From positions 98,741 through 162,740 of the forward strand of contig CAVORT010000009.1 in NCBI GenBank assembly GCA_963698695.1: a DNA stretch of 64,000 bases. Direction: 5' to 3'. The notes below the pieces were generated by a model, which saw nothing but the letters and a program-made list of their open reading frames with translations, was not told the origin of the DNA and did no database searches. The position numbers and the translations under genes were made by a program. This DNA comes from Sulfurovaceae bacterium. Its GTDB lineage: Bacteria; Campylobacterota; Campylobacteria; Campylobacterales; Sulfurovaceae. Below are positions 51,004-63,350 of the stretch, in pieces (within the stretch, counting starts at the first letter, position 1; each line of letters opens with the position of its first letter).

Positions 51004-52464
51004 ATGAAGAGAAAAAAGATAGCATCAAGTAAAGCAGTTATAGATGTACTGCATGGCAATGGTAAAGGAAATTTGAGTCGTAGAAATGCACTTAAACTCA
51101 TGGGACTTGGTGGTGCAGCTACCGTTATGGGAGTACCTTCTTCAGTGCATGCTGAAGAAGAAAATACGAAGAGTGACAAAAAAGTCAAAGTTTTAGTCGT
51201 TGGTGGAGGTGCCGGAGGTATCATGGCACTTGCCAGACTCCATAGTGCTTTGCCTAATGCTGAGATCACTATCATCGCACCTAATGAAAAACATCTTTAT
51301 CAGCCTGGACAAATTTTTATGGCTGCAGGGCTTTATACTTTTGATGATATTGTTAAGGAAAATAAAGAGTTTATTCCTGATGATGTGACTTGGATTAAAG
51401 ATGAAGTAGCTTCTTTTGATCCTGATAATAATAAAGTGGTTACCCGTGGGGGGCAAGAAGTTGTTTATGATTCTATGGTTGTTGCTACAGGTATGGTATA
51501 TCATTATGACTGGATCAAGGGTTTGACAGAAGATGATATTGGTAAAAATGGTATCTCCAGTGTGTATTTAAATGATCTAGAGAAAGGTACTGCTGATGGT
51601 GGTACTGTAACGTGGGAATGGTTTGAAGCACTTAAAAAAGCGTCGGCAGAAGGAGAAAAACCAAAAGCTATTTTCACACACCCAAGTACACCAATTAAAT
51701 GTGGAGGCGCACCACAAAAAATACTCTATCTGAGTGCTGACCATTTGAAAAAAGATAATTTAGGTGCTGACTATATATTTGCAACAGCTAGTAAAAAGCT
51801 TTTTAGTCTTCCTGAGATCGATAAGTCATTGGCAGAAGTACAAAAAAGATATGACACCATCACCAACAAATTTAGCCATAATCTTGTGGCTATAGATGTG
51901 AATAAAAAAGTTGCCACTTTTGAAGAAACCTATGAAATCAAAGGTGAATACGATGAAGACCTTGGTGAGTATGATGTAACAGAAGAAAAAAGAATGGTGG
52001 AGTTGAACTATGACTTTATACATGTTGTTCCGCCTATGGGACCACCTCAAGCACTTGTCGATTCACTTTTAGGTTGGCAAAAAGGTACAGCAAAAGGCTG
52101 GCTGGAAGTAGACCAAGAAACACTCCAGCACAGAAGATACAAAAATGTATTTGGTATTGGAGATGTTTGTGGTATACCTCTTGGTAAGACAGGAGGGTCA
52201 GCAAGGCACCATGGACCTATCGTTGTCGGTAACCTTGTTGCTCAGCTCGAAGGAAAACCACTTGTAGAAAAATTTGATGGGTACACTGTATGTCCTCTTA
52301 AAGCTGGATATGGTGAAATTATCATGGCAGAATTTAACTATGAAGGACTTGCCCCTACCATACCATTTTTAGATCCGGCAGAGCCACGATACTTTTGGTG
52401 GGCCTTTGACTTGTATCAATTAAAACCTATGTATTGGTATCTTATGTTAAGAGGATGGTTTTAG
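51004..52464 (+). CDS. sqr: Tat-signal sulfide:quinone oxidoreductase-like flavoprotein (type II-like)
   Basis: SRRNALK, VVGGGAGG, HLYQPG, IKCGGAPQK, GYTVCP, LKPMYW. Confidence 0.8.
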   Translation: MKRKKIASSKAVIDVLHGNGKGNLSRRNALKLMGLGGAATVMGVPSSVHAEEENTKSDKKVKVLVVGGGAGGIMALARLHSALPNAEITIIAPNEKHLYQPGQIFMAAGLYTFDDIVKENKEFIPDDVTWIKDEVASFDPDNNKVVTRGGQEVVYDSMVVATGMVYHYDWIKGLTEDDIGKNGISSVYLNDLEKGTADGGTVTWEWFEALKKASAEGEKPKAIFTHPSTPIKCGGAPQKILYLSADHLKKDNLGADYIFATASKKLFSLPEIDKSLAEVQKRYDTITNKFSHNLVAIDVNKKVATFEETYEIKGEYDEDLGEYDVTEEKRMVELNYDFIHVVPPMGPPQALVDSLLGWQKGTAKGWLEVDQETLQHRRYKNVFGIGDVCGIPLGKTGGSARHHGPIVVGNLVAQLEGKPLVEKFDGYTVCPLKAGYGEIIMAEFNYEGLAPTIPFLDPAEPRYFWWAFDLYQLKPMYWYLMLRGWF

Positions 52465-52558
52465 GATTAAATCACACCATTTTTGTCTTAATTAAAAGTT
52501 ATAATATTCATTAAAATAATGATATACTTAGATATAAGTAAAAATAAAGGAGAAAATC

Positions 52559-53704
52559 ATGAATGGATTTGATGCATTGTTTGAAAAAGCGAAAAATCGT
52601 GTACAGGCGTTGTCTGAATTACCGTCTATCAAAGAAGAGTCAGTTGAGCAGATGCTTGAGGGCAGAGGAATAGAACGACGTGACTTTATGAAGTGGGCGG
52701 CTGGTATTACAGCGATGCTTGCACTACCAGCTCAGTTTACTCCTTTATTTGCAGAAGCTGCAAAGCTTGCAGACCGTGTGCCACTGGTCTGGTTACATAT
52801 GGCAGAATGTACAGGATGTAGTGAATCACTTATTCGTTCAGATGCTCCTACCATCGACTCTCTCATTTTTGATTATATTTCCCTTGAATACCATGAAACA
52901 CTTATGGCTGCTGCAGGATGGCAGGCAGAAGAGAATCTTGATAATGCCTTAGAAAAGTATAAAGGGCGTTATGTATTACTTGTTGAAGGGGGAATTCCAA
53001 CAGCTATGAACGGTCAGTACTTGACACTCGGCGCGCATGGAAGAACTGGACTTGATGTAGTAACTGCAGCTGCTAAAGATGCTGCAGCGATTTTTTCCAT
53101 AGGTACTTGTGCCGCTTTTGGAGGTATTCAGGCAGCTGCGCCAAATCCTACTGGAGCAAAGGGAGTAGACAAGGTTGTCTCACAACCTGTTATTAATGTA
53201 CCTGGTTGTCCGCCAAGTGCTTCGAACATTGTGGGAACATTGATGCACTATTTACTCTTTGGTACGTTACCTGCACTAGATCGTTATCATCGTCCAAAAT
53301 GGGCGTATGGCCACCGAATACATGACCTTTGTGAACGTCGTGGACACTTTGATGCAGGAGAGTTTGTAGAGACCTTTGGTGATGATGGTGCAAAAGACGG
53401 ATGGTGTCTCTATAAGCAAGGCTGTAAAGGGCCATATACCTTTAACAACTGTTCAACAGAACGTTTTAATCAGCATGTCAACTGGCCTATTGGTGCAGGG
53501 CATGGATGTATGGGATGTTCTGAACCTGACTTTTGGGATACGATGGGTCCATTGGAAAAACCGATCCAATCTCATCTTGTGATGGGTCTAAACTCCACTG
53601 TTGACAAGATAGGTACAACACTCTTAACTGCAACGGTTGTAGGTATCGGGGCACATGCAGTGGCAAGTATGTTTATGAATAAAAAAGATGGGAAGGAGGG
53701 ATAA
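52559..53704 (+). CDS. hydA: Periplasmic [NiFe] uptake hydrogenase small subunit
   Basis: RRDFMK Tat motif, ECTGCSES, GCPP, HDLC, GHGCMGCSEP, C-terminal TM. Confidence 0.96.
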   Translation: MNGFDALFEKAKNRVQALSELPSIKEESVEQMLEGRGIERRDFMKWAAGITAMLALPAQFTPLFAEAAKLADRVPLVWLHMAECTGCSESLIRSDAPTIDSLIFDYISLEYHETLMAAAGWQAEENLDNALEKYKGRYVLLVEGGIPTAMNGQYLTLGAHGRTGLDVVTAAAKDAAAIFSIGTCAAFGGIQAAAPNPTGAKGVDKVVSQPVINVPGCPPSASNIVGTLMHYLLFGTLPALDRYHRPKWAYGHRIHDLCERRGHFDAGEFVETFGDDGAKDGWCLYKQGCKGPYTFNNCSTERFNQHVNWPIGAGHGCMGCSEPDFWDTMGPLEKPIQSHLVMGLNSTVDKIGTTLLTATVVGIGAHAVASMFMNKKDGKEG

Positions 53705-53707
53705 ATT

Positions 53708-55427
53708 ATGGGTAACAGACGTGTAGTAATTGATCCGATAACAAGAATTGAAGGGCATCTGCGTATAGAAGTAGAAGTAGATGAAAACAATGTAGTCCAA
53801 AAAGCTTACTCCTCATCAACATTATGGAGAGGGATAGAGCTCATCTTAAAAGGGCGTGACCCTCGTGATGCAGGTCTTATGGCACAACGTATTTGTGGGG
53901 TGTGTACCTATTCACACTATAAAGCAGGGGTAGAAGCTGTAGAAGATGCTTTAGGTGTAGAAGCACCGTATAATGCAAAACTTGTACGTTCACTTCTTAA
54001 TGCATCACTCTATATGCATGACCATACGGTACATTTTTATCATTTACACGGTCTTGACTGGGTAGATGTGGTCTCAGCACTGAGTGCAGATCCTGAGAAA
54101 GCATCCAAATTGGCATTTAAGTACTCTGATCTACCAATTGCTACAGGAACAGATGAACTCAAAGCGGTACAGCAGCGTGTGAAAACATTTGTAGACAAAG
54201 GGCAACTTGGGCCATTTGCCAATGCCTATTGGGGAAATGGAACCTATAAGTTTTCACCAGAGCAAAACCTTATTGCACTTTCACACTACCTCAAGGCACT
54301 TGAAGTGCAACGTGTAGCAGCACAAATGTTTGCTATATTTGGTGCAAAACAGCCACACCCACAAAGTCTTGTGGTTGGTGGAGTAACGTGTGTACGTGAC
54401 ATTTTGAGTCCTACAAGACTTTCTCAGTGGAGAGAGAAGTATAAGATTGTAAAAGATTTTATAGACCGTGCCTATCAGGCAGATATCGTTATGGCAGCCG
54501 AAGCATATGGTACAGAAGAGACAGTACTTGGTGGCGTAGGGGTGAAGAACTTCATGGCAGGTGAAGCATTTATGCTTAACCGAACAGAACACCTTTTCCA
54601 AAGTGGAATTATCAGAGGTGGAGACCTAAGTCAAGTGTTCGACATTGATGATATGAAGATCGAAGAAGATGTGACACATGCATGGTATAAAGGGACTAAA
54701 CCGCTTCAGCCGTATGATGGTGTCACTGATCCAGACTATACCGGGTTTGTAGATGGTGATACTGTAAATGGTGAAGCAAAGATCATTGATGAAAATGCAA
54801 AATACTCTTGGGTAAAAGCACCACGTTACGATGGTGAAGCAATGGAAGTTGGACCACTTTCATGTCTGCTTGTAAACTATGCAAGAGGAAACGAAAAAGT
54901 CAAAGCTGAAGTAGGTGGTTTCCTCAAACGAACGGGCTTACCAGTAGGAGCACTTCTTTACAACACTAGGACGTACAGCTGCACGTATGCTTCAAACCAA
55001 ACTCATTTCAGATAATGCGATCACTATTTTTGATTCATTGGTTGAGAATATTAAAACAGATGACAGTACATACACTAAATTTGAGATAGACCCTGATAAA
55101 GAGTATACAGGACGCTTCATTGGTGAGGTGCCTCGTGGAACACTGAGTCACTGGGTGCGTATTAAAAATGGTTTGATTGAAAATTATCAGGCAGTAGTAC
55201 CAACCACATGGAATGCAGGGCCAATCGATGCCAATGGTACTATTGGACCATATGAAGCTTCTTTGGTTGGGTTAAAACTTGAAGACCCGACTAAACCGCT
55301 TGAAGTACTTAGAGTCATACACTCGTTTGATCCATGTATGTCATGTTCTGTGCATGTGATGGATATGAAGGGTACAGAACTTAGTGAATTTAAAGTCAAC
55401 CCTATGAGTAGTGGAGCTACTTGTTAG
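53708..55427 (+). CDS. hydB: [NiFe] uptake hydrogenase large subunit (indel near 54955)
   Basis: DPITRIEGH, QRICGVC, PRGTLSHW, SFDPCMSCSVH. Confidence 0.96.
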
Positions 55428-55468
55428 TACACAAATACTATTTATAAAATGAATGAGAAGGAGTAAAT

Positions 55469-56179
55469 ATGGGACAAGAAGAAAAATATACCTCAGACCA
55501 TCCTGATTTTGTCTATAGCAGTGGTAATAGGATTTTACATTGGATACGTGCTTTGGTCATCACAGGTTTGATCATCACAGGTTTTTATATTGCATCACCC
55601 TTTCTTTCACCTGAAGGTTCAACAGATAAACTTCTTTATGCAGAGTGGACAAATTGGCATTTCATTTTAGGGTTTATTCTTATCGCTTCTGGAATACTTA
55701 GAATCTATCTTTTCTTTTTTGGAAAAGACAGTGATGGAGAGTTACGTTCACTCAAAGATGTGTTTAGTGTCAAATCTTGGATCAAACAGTTAAAATCTTA
55801 TTTTTTCGTTGGTGAGTTACGTAAAAAAGGTTTGTATGGACCACTACAGTTTTTGACCTATACGATGATCATGGTCTTAGTTATTGTGGCATCTGTGACT
55901 GGACTTATACTTTATGTACATGTGTATCATCAAGGAATAGGTGGTTGGCTTTATGACTCTATGCGTGTATTGGAAGCATGGATGGGTGGACTTGCAAATG
56001 TACGTTATATACACCATATTACGATGTGGGGATACTTGATCTTTATTCCTATTCATATTTACTTGGTTATCTGGTCTGCGATTCGATTTAAACATGGTGC
56101 ACTTGATGTGATGTTTACAGGGTATGACTACCATCTTAAAAAAGAAGATGAAAAAGCCAAAAAAGAAGACGATAAGTGA
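55469..56179 (+). CDS. hydC: Hydrogenase b-type cytochrome subunit
   Basis: RILHWIRA, WHF, LYGPLQ, HHITMW..PIHIY. Confidence 0.93.
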   Translation: MGQEEKYTSDHPDFVYSSGNRILHWIRALVITGLIITGFYIASPFLSPEGSTDKLLYAEWTNWHFILGFILIASGILRIYLFFFGKDSDGELRSLKDVFSVKSWIKQLKSYFFVGELRKKGLYGPLQFLTYTMIMVLVIVASVTGLILYVHVYHQGIGGWLYDSMRVLEAWMGGLANVRYIHHITMWGYLIFIPIHIYLVIWSAIRFKHGALDVMFTGYDYHLKKEDEKAKKEDDK

Positions 56180-56726
56180 AAATATTAGTACTGGGTATTG
56201 GTAATCTTCTTTTTGGAGATGAAGGTATAGGTGTACACTTCATAAAGTATATGGGTGAAAAGTATGACTTTGAAGGAGAACATCAGATTGACATTGTGGA
56301 TGGTGGTACACTTGCTCAAAGACTCATACCTATTATTGTAGAGTATGACCATCTAATCATTGTTGATACGATCAATGCTTCTGGTGTCAATGCAGGTGAA
56401 GTCTACTTTTTTGACTTTGATGCAGTACCTGACGCGGTAGATTGGCAAGGGAGTGCACATGAAGTGGAGATGTTACAAACACTCAATATGATGGATCTTG
56501 CAGGTGATCGTCCACCAACGATGATCATGGGTGTGGTACCAACTATCATAGAAGCGACAGAGTTTTCTCTCTCCGAAGGTGTAGCAGATGCTGTACCGCT
56601 CATGGAGAAAACACTTTTGGATTATTTAGAAACATTAAGGCATTACATGCAGTAAAAAAAGCAGAAGTAGATATGCAGGCTATTCTTCCAAACTCTTTTA
56701 GGGCACTTGATGCATATAGCGTTTAA
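56176..56726 (+). CDS. hydD: Hydrogenase maturation endopeptidase (indel near 3' end)
   Basis: LGIGNLLFGDEGIGVH, VDGGT, SAHEV. Confidence 0.93.
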
Positions 56727-58531
56727 ATTTGAATATATCCATGATAATGGATTATTTACACGACTCTTAAAACGTATAGAAGAAGTCTCAGCTATCCCTC
56801 TTTCTCTGTATCAATGAAGATAATTTTTATATTATAGAAGCTTCTGGAGATCAACCTACACTTGAGACTTTAGCAGAACAGATATCTAGACTTGTTCCTC
56901 AGTCTCTCTTTTTAAAAGAATCTAAGATAGAAGCAGTAGAAAAAGAAGAAAGGGACGGAAGAGGTAAAAAGACAACTATCTGAGTCAACGACTACGTTTA
57001 AAGTACCTTACTGTCCTGAATGTCAAGAGAATGTAGTAACTTCACTTAATCCCTTTAATACATGCGCAGTGTGTGGATTTAGTGATACATCTCTTACGTT
57101 AAAAGATCTTACTACATCTACTGGTATGACAGCGACCAATAGAAGAAGCATTTTTTAACAAAGCAGCAGAGTTTTTACTTAAAGAGGGTGAAGTTACACT
57201 TCCTACCTATAATGGTATAAGACGTTTCTCTTTCTTAGAAGCTAAAAAGACAGAAGAGAAGGTATTTTGTATTGTGATCCTACTGATATTTCCTCATAAC
57301 TTTCTTATCACACAAGGAGAGTTAGATGCATTGATGATGGTAGAAAAACCTACGGTACGTTTAAAACCAAAGTTAATATTTCGTGCAGAACATGACACTT
57401 GAAGAAGCCTTTTTATCCCGTTTTTTTTGCTGATGACAAAGTCACTTTAGCATTTTCTACGGCATTAAAAAACAAAGGTATCGATGCCGTTTTTTCTGAC
57501 AATGTACCGACACTTCGTGTTGCTTCAGCATTAGAGGAAAACCTTATAATTACATCTGGACGTGATATGTTGCCATGGCATGTTCCGATGGGTTTAAATA
57601 CGGCTTCATTTTGTGCATATGATGGTTTTCAAGCTTATGGTGATACTAATGGATTACAGGTAGATAGAAAATAGTTGTTAGGTAATAAACCTTTTATACA
57701 GATATGTTGCCAACAGTGAAGACTCACCAGACCAAAAATGCCATTGTTTTGAACCAGCACATGCTGCACAACGTTCTATTGTGCTGGAACATCAGTTAGA
57801 AGGTAAAGCCTTTGTGGTATACATCTTAGTCGTGAAATACACTCTCACATATTTCTGCTTTTTCTAAGTAAGATAGGGTATACACCTATGGTACTTTTTA
57901 GAGATGAAGATATCACACAACCTACGTGATATGTTAGAAGCGATTGAAAGATGGATGAAGGTGGAATGCGACTTGGTCGAAAACTTTAAAAATGCATTTC
58001 CTGAACTCTATGAAAAGATAGAAAAACAACAGTTTACATAGCGCATACAGATATCTCTGATATAACTAAAATATGGTCTATGGCAGCTTCTATTCATTGG
58101 TTTGTATGAAGGTGAGGATGCATGTAAAGTCATGTGAAGTACTTGAAGCAACAGCCATAGAGTTTGGTGGAAAATCAGGTCCTCGTATTGACTATAAAGT
58201 GATCAGTACAGATGAAGGGTATCAACTTGATATGAGACTTGCCATTCGTTCTGCTATGAGTTTTAAACTCGCTGGTCTTGATGATTATCTGCTTAGTTTT
58301 GGATTTATTGATTCATTGGCTGATTTTATCGCACAGCAGGCAGAAGATGCTGATGCCAATATTGGCATACATGGTGTGACACTCAGTGGTGGTCTCTTTG
58401 AAAACCGTCAGTTACTCATGCGAACCTATAATGCCTTGAGTGTCAACTATCCTATCTATAGAAATGAGCGTTTGAGTATGGATGGTGCAAATGTGGCACT
58501 TGGAGCCATTACTCTTGGCAGTGAAGTATAA
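56710..58531 (+). CDS. HydE-like (HypF-related) hydrogenase accessory protein, heavily fragmented
   Basis: Starts MHIAFKFEY; CPEC..CAVC; ends AIRSAMSFKLAG..LSFGFIDSLADF..LSGGLFEN; sits between hydD and hypF. Confidence 0.65.
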
Positions 58532-58633
58532 ACATTACCAATCAGTCTGCGTATGGTAGAATACAAAGAATACTAGGACAATACACGCCATTGATGAATA
58601 AAAACTTCCCCATTGGCAAGGAGAATGCAGTAC

Positions 58634-60874
58634 ATGGAGCCCTCTACTTATAAGATACAGATAGAAGGTACCGTACAAGGCGTTGGGTTTCGCCCTTTCA
58701 TCTACACACTTGCACACCGCTATGGACTCAAAGGTACGGTACTCAATGGCACACATGGTGTGGTCATCGTGCTCAATACTACTGAGCCGTTGTTTCAAAC
58801 ATTTTTTAGATGCCATACAAGACAGAACTTCCTCCCTTAGCCATCATCGATAAGATAACATCTTCAAATAGATACTGATGAAGTGTTTGATGATTTTCAG
58901 ATCATCAGCACCAGTGACGAGGGTGAAAAAACAGTACGTGTACCACCAGATGTAAGCATTTGTAGTGCATGTGAAGAAGAACTTTTTGACCCGACTAACC
59001 GTCGGTTATGGATATCCGTTTATCACCTGTACACAGTGTGGGGTACGTTACTCTATCATCTATGATCTACCTTATGACAGAAAAGAGACTTCTATGAAGT
59101 TTTTCAAGATGTGTGATGCCTGTGAAGCGGAGTATACCAATCCACTAGACAGACGCTACCACGCACAACCCATAGGGTGTTTTGACTGTGGACCACGATT
59201 AAAACTGCTCGATAAGCATTCTAAGGACTGTAGATACTTCTGATGACATTCAAAAAACAGTAGAGCTGTTAGAACAAGGCAAGATCGTTGCCGTTAAAGG
59301 TGTGGGTGGCTACCACCTCATGTGTGACGCGACCAATGCACAAGCAGTTGAGACACTACGCCAAAGAAAACGAAGACCAAGTAAACCTTTTGCTGTCATG
59401 GTGAGAGACAGTGACATGGCAAAAGAGTATGCAACCTTTAGTGCGCAAGAAGAAGCCATTCTCTGTTCAAAAGAAAGACCTATCGTCTTGATGCAAAGTA
59501 CTAAAGAGAAGTTACAGGGTGTAGCCCCTCACATTTCTAGGTTAGGACTTTTTTTACCTTATACGCCTTTACATTTGCTACTCTTAGAGAAGTTACAACG
59601 CCCACTGGTAGCTACTTCAGCCAATGTCACAGATGAGCCCATCTGTACAAATTTAGCGTCGTTAGAGAAACTTAATGGGGTGTATGACTATGTGTTAGAG
59701 CATAATCGTGACATCGTGAATGGTTGTGATGACTCGGTGATGATGGTTGTTGAAGAATCAGCCAGTCATTCTGAGACGTGCCAGAGGTTTTGCACCTGCA
59801 AGTGTGCAACTGCCATTTAGGCTCAAGCAAAATGTTTTAGCCTTGGGAGCCAACCAAAAAAGCACCATCGCCATAGGTTTTGAAGATCAGGTGATACTCT
59901 CTCCACATATTGGTGATTTAGGCTCCATTGGCTCAGTGGAGTACTACGAAAAAAACATAGCTACTTTGCAGCGTATGTACGACTTTAAACCCTACACTGC
60001 TAGTGCACGATAAACATCCTCAGTATGAGAGTACAAAGTATGCCATCCTTCGACAAGCTCAGGAAGCACATAGTGAACTCGGTGACTGAGCGTGTCGAAG
60101 TCCAACACCACTATGCACACATATTAGGAGTGATGGCAGAAAAACAACTTCAAGGCAAAGTCTTTGGTGTGGCGTTTGATGGTACAGGCTATGGGGATGA
60201 TGGCAACCTTTGGGGTGGAGAGTTCATGGTGTGTGACTATGAGGGGTATGAGCGTGTGGCACACCTGAACTACTTTAAACTCCTCGGAGGTGCTAAAGCC
60301 ATCAAAGAGCCTAGACGTGTAGCACTCTCTTTACTTTTTGACCTCTATCAAGAGAGGGCACTCACTTTAGAAAACCCAACGACACAAGCCTTTAATGAAG
60401 TAGAGTTAAAGACCTACTTCTTAGCATGGCAAAAAGGACTTAATGCACCTCTGAGTTCTTCTGTGGGGCGATTGTTTGATGCAGTGGCATCACTGCTAGG
60501 CATCTGTCAGGTGATGAGCTTTGAGGGTGAGAGTGGTATGCACCTTGAAGAGTACTACAGTAGTGATGTAGTAGGGCACTACAGTTTTGGGTATGAAAAT
60601 GGGCAGATAGATGTTTTACCTATGGTAGAGCGAGATGTTACAAGAGAAAGATACAGCAGTGGCTGTCTCAAAGTTTTTCCATACTTTAGTAGAGATGATA
60701 GCTGTGGTGTATGCACCTTATGACTTACCTATGGTTCTCAGTGGTGGGGTGTTTCAAAATAGGGTGCTTTTGGGTCTGGTACTTCAGAGGTTTCCTGATG
60801 CTGTTATCTCGAATGCTATTCCTCCGAATGATGGAGGGATTGCACTTGGGCAGGTGGTGTCTCTTTTAGGTTAA
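58634..60874 (+). CDS. hypF: Carbamoyltransferase HypF (multiple indels)
   Basis: GTVQGVGFRPF, zinc fingers CSAC/CTQCG/CDAC, KGVGGYHLMCDA, TSAN, QHHYAH, DGTGYG, PPNDGGIALGQ. Confidence 0.95.
60048..60100. repeat. REP-like palindrome inside hypF
   Basis: CTTCGACAAGCTCAG (60048-60062) and CTGAGCGTGTCGAAG (60086-60100): 14/15 inverted match, 23-nt loop. Confidence 0.7.
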
Positions 60875-60939
60875 GTAGTAAATATTTTTAATGTAGAGAC
60901 ATGAAGTAAGAGAACTGCTTATAAAACTACTTATAAATA

Positions 60940-62200
60940 GTCTTTTTCATAGCTATCAATTTAACTTTAAGTGCATCCAATAGCAATAATTGATATTTTC
61001 ATTTGAGCACTTTGCTTACTTAATAGCCATCCAAGCCACAAAAATCCTTATCTATAAGTATTTAACATTGATCTGTATGGATTAGCTTCATGAAAGTCAT
61101 CGATAAACTTCGGAGGAAATAGCTCATTACATTTAATTCAATGGCTTCATATTTCATCTTTTTGATAATAGTAGGTTTCTCCAGTAATATCTGAGTCCTT
61201 GAGTATTCTTATATAATGAAAAAGCCTCAACGTCTCCATAGATATTTCTCGGCATATTTAGAATCTAGTTTGATACTTTTTGAATACTTTTCATTTGCTT
61301 TTTTATAATATTTTGGAACCGTTTTACCTTTTATTGAATATGAGATGCTAAATCTGTGAGCTATGCGATCATGCTAGTAAGGTTTATTCATTTCAATAAA
61401 CTCAATTCTTTTTTTTCTAATTTATTCATACTGGCATTCTTCATCTTGTTCCTTGTTGAAGTGTAACACAAGCAAAGTCCCAATATGGTATTGTCATTAT
61501 TCAGATCAATTAATCCATGATTGATTATATCTACACATAGCATTAATCTAAGTTACCTTCAGACAAGAATTATTCCCTTGTCTCCAAGATGCGACTTGCT
61601 TTACTCTCTATAATCAAAAATACTGGTATCTTTTTTAATAAAATCTTTATCAGCATATCTGTAGATTTACTGATCTTTCAATCTTTGGTTATCCATATCC
61701 ATTTGTATATTTAGAAATAATTCTACAATTAACTGAGCCACAGGATTCCACAACTTGAAATTCTATCTGTTTCGTTAAATATTTTTGCGTGGTTTTTTTT
61801 ATATATTGTCTTTAACTCATTATAGTGAACTAAAAATACCTTCCAATATCAACATGCTTTTCATAGGATTTCTAAATGTATAGGATGTATAGTCTTAGAT
61901 AATATTCATATATGCCTTTAAAATCTTGTAGTTATACTGATGAGTTTTCTTAAGCCATTTAGGAACTTTTCTCTTCACTTTTTTTATCTTATCAGCATAA
62001 CTACTTAGTTTTGCATTAACTGGTAATTGTTCATCTATACTGGATAAATTAAATGACTATTTGTAATACTTATAGTATAATATGATCATATTTATAATAC
62101 TTGGCTATGTAACTACTGTTGCCATTTAAGAATGCTTCATACAGTTTTTTCTCATTCACTCTATGTAAATATTATAATAGAATATTACAGTACTTGCTTA
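60940..62200 (-). pseudogene. AT-rich degraded or error-rich coding remnants (probably two hypothetical genes)
   Basis: No ORF >=60 aa, but protein-like pieces (KIKKVKRKVPKWLKKTHQYNYKILKAYM; KNHAKIF..LWNPVAQLI; YYKKANEKYSKSIKLDSKYA). Confidence 0.45.
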
Positions 62201-62294
62201 TAAAAAACTTTATAAAATTAAATGTCTATATAGAAGCTGTTTTATAATGAAAATACAAAGAAATGTAAACTAATCTTTTCTTCTTAAATGTTAC

Positions 62295-62500
62295 CTAAGA
62301 CTGTATGCTGTTAATGGTATTAAACCGCCACTCTGCTTCTTTCAGATAAAAGATAAACTGTTCATCACTTACTCCCTTGTATTGCAAGATAAACACTTCA
62401 AAATAGTCCCAAAACTTTGTGATGGTGGACTGGCTGTGGAGAGTTTAGCTACTTTATTGAATTTGAGGTACTTGAGTTTTTTTCTTCTTCATTTTTACTC
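62295..62500 (-). pseudogene. 3' remnant of an IS1595/ISXO2-like transposase-related gene
   Basis: LKYLKFNKVAKLSTA/QSTITKFWDYFEVFILQYKGVSDEQFIFYLKEAEWRFN resembles the IS1595 C-terminal GV..F..YL.E..WRFN signature. Confidence 0.6.
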
Positions 62501-62645
62501 GTTCCCAAGTTGTAAGTGGTAACCCATAAGATTAAACTGCTCTATGCATTACGCTTCAAAGAGACCTAACGAGACAGATTTAAGTGTATTATCAACATAG
62601 ACAAAGTAACTCTTCATGCCAATAGTTAAATACAAAGGTTTCAAA

Positions 62646-63350
62646 ATGTTAAAAAGGGTACTTATAACAGGGGGCAATAAAGGTATAGGACTGGAAGTTG
62701 TCAAGAGATTTTTAGAAGTGGGATATGACATTGTCGTTGTAGCAAGAGATTTTTCAAATTTTCCTTTTAAAGATCATGAAAAAATCACCACTATAGAATA
62801 TGATTTATCGGATGTTGAAGGTTTACCAAAACTGGTAGAACAAATAGGTGAGATAGATACCCTCATCAACAATGCAGGATTTATGCAACCAAAATATACC
62901 TATGACAACTACCCAAAAGAAGCAAAAGAAAAAATTATGAATGTTGATCTCTATACACCCATTGAACTCATCACGTTATTTGCAGAAGATATGAAAAAAA
63001 GAGGATACGGCAAGATAGTAAATAATGCTTCTATTGCTGGTCAGATCGGACATCCTGATATTTGGTACGGTATTGCAAAAGCAGGCATGATCAATGCGAC
63101 AAAGATCTTCGCGAAACTCTTGGGCCCTCATGGCATTGTCATCAACGCGATCGCACCAAGTCCGGTAGAGACCGATATGCAAAAAGATAATTCTGAAGAG
63201 AGAAAAGCAGACTTCAAAAAACTTGTGCCATCTGGAAGATTTGCTGAGCCAGAGGAAGCAGCTGAAGTCATTTTTTGGTTAGCAACGTCTTGTCCAGAAT
63301 ATGTGAATGGTACAACAGTTGATTTTAACAATGGTTCATACGCAAGATAG
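62646..63350 (+). CDS. Short-chain dehydrogenase/reductase
   Basis: TGGNKGIG, INNAG, ASIAG, YGIAK. Confidence 0.92.
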   Translation: MLKRVLITGGNKGIGLEVVKRFLEVGYDIVVVARDFSNFPFKDHEKITTIEYDLSDVEGLPKLVEQIGEIDTLINNAGFMQPKYTYDNYPKEAKEKIMNVDLYTPIELITLFAEDMKKRGYGKIVNNASIAGQIGHPDIWYGIAKAGMINATKIFAKLLGPHGIVINAIAPSPVETDMQKDNSEERKADFKKLVPSGRFAEPEEAAEVIFWLATSCPEYVNGTTVDFNNGSYAR

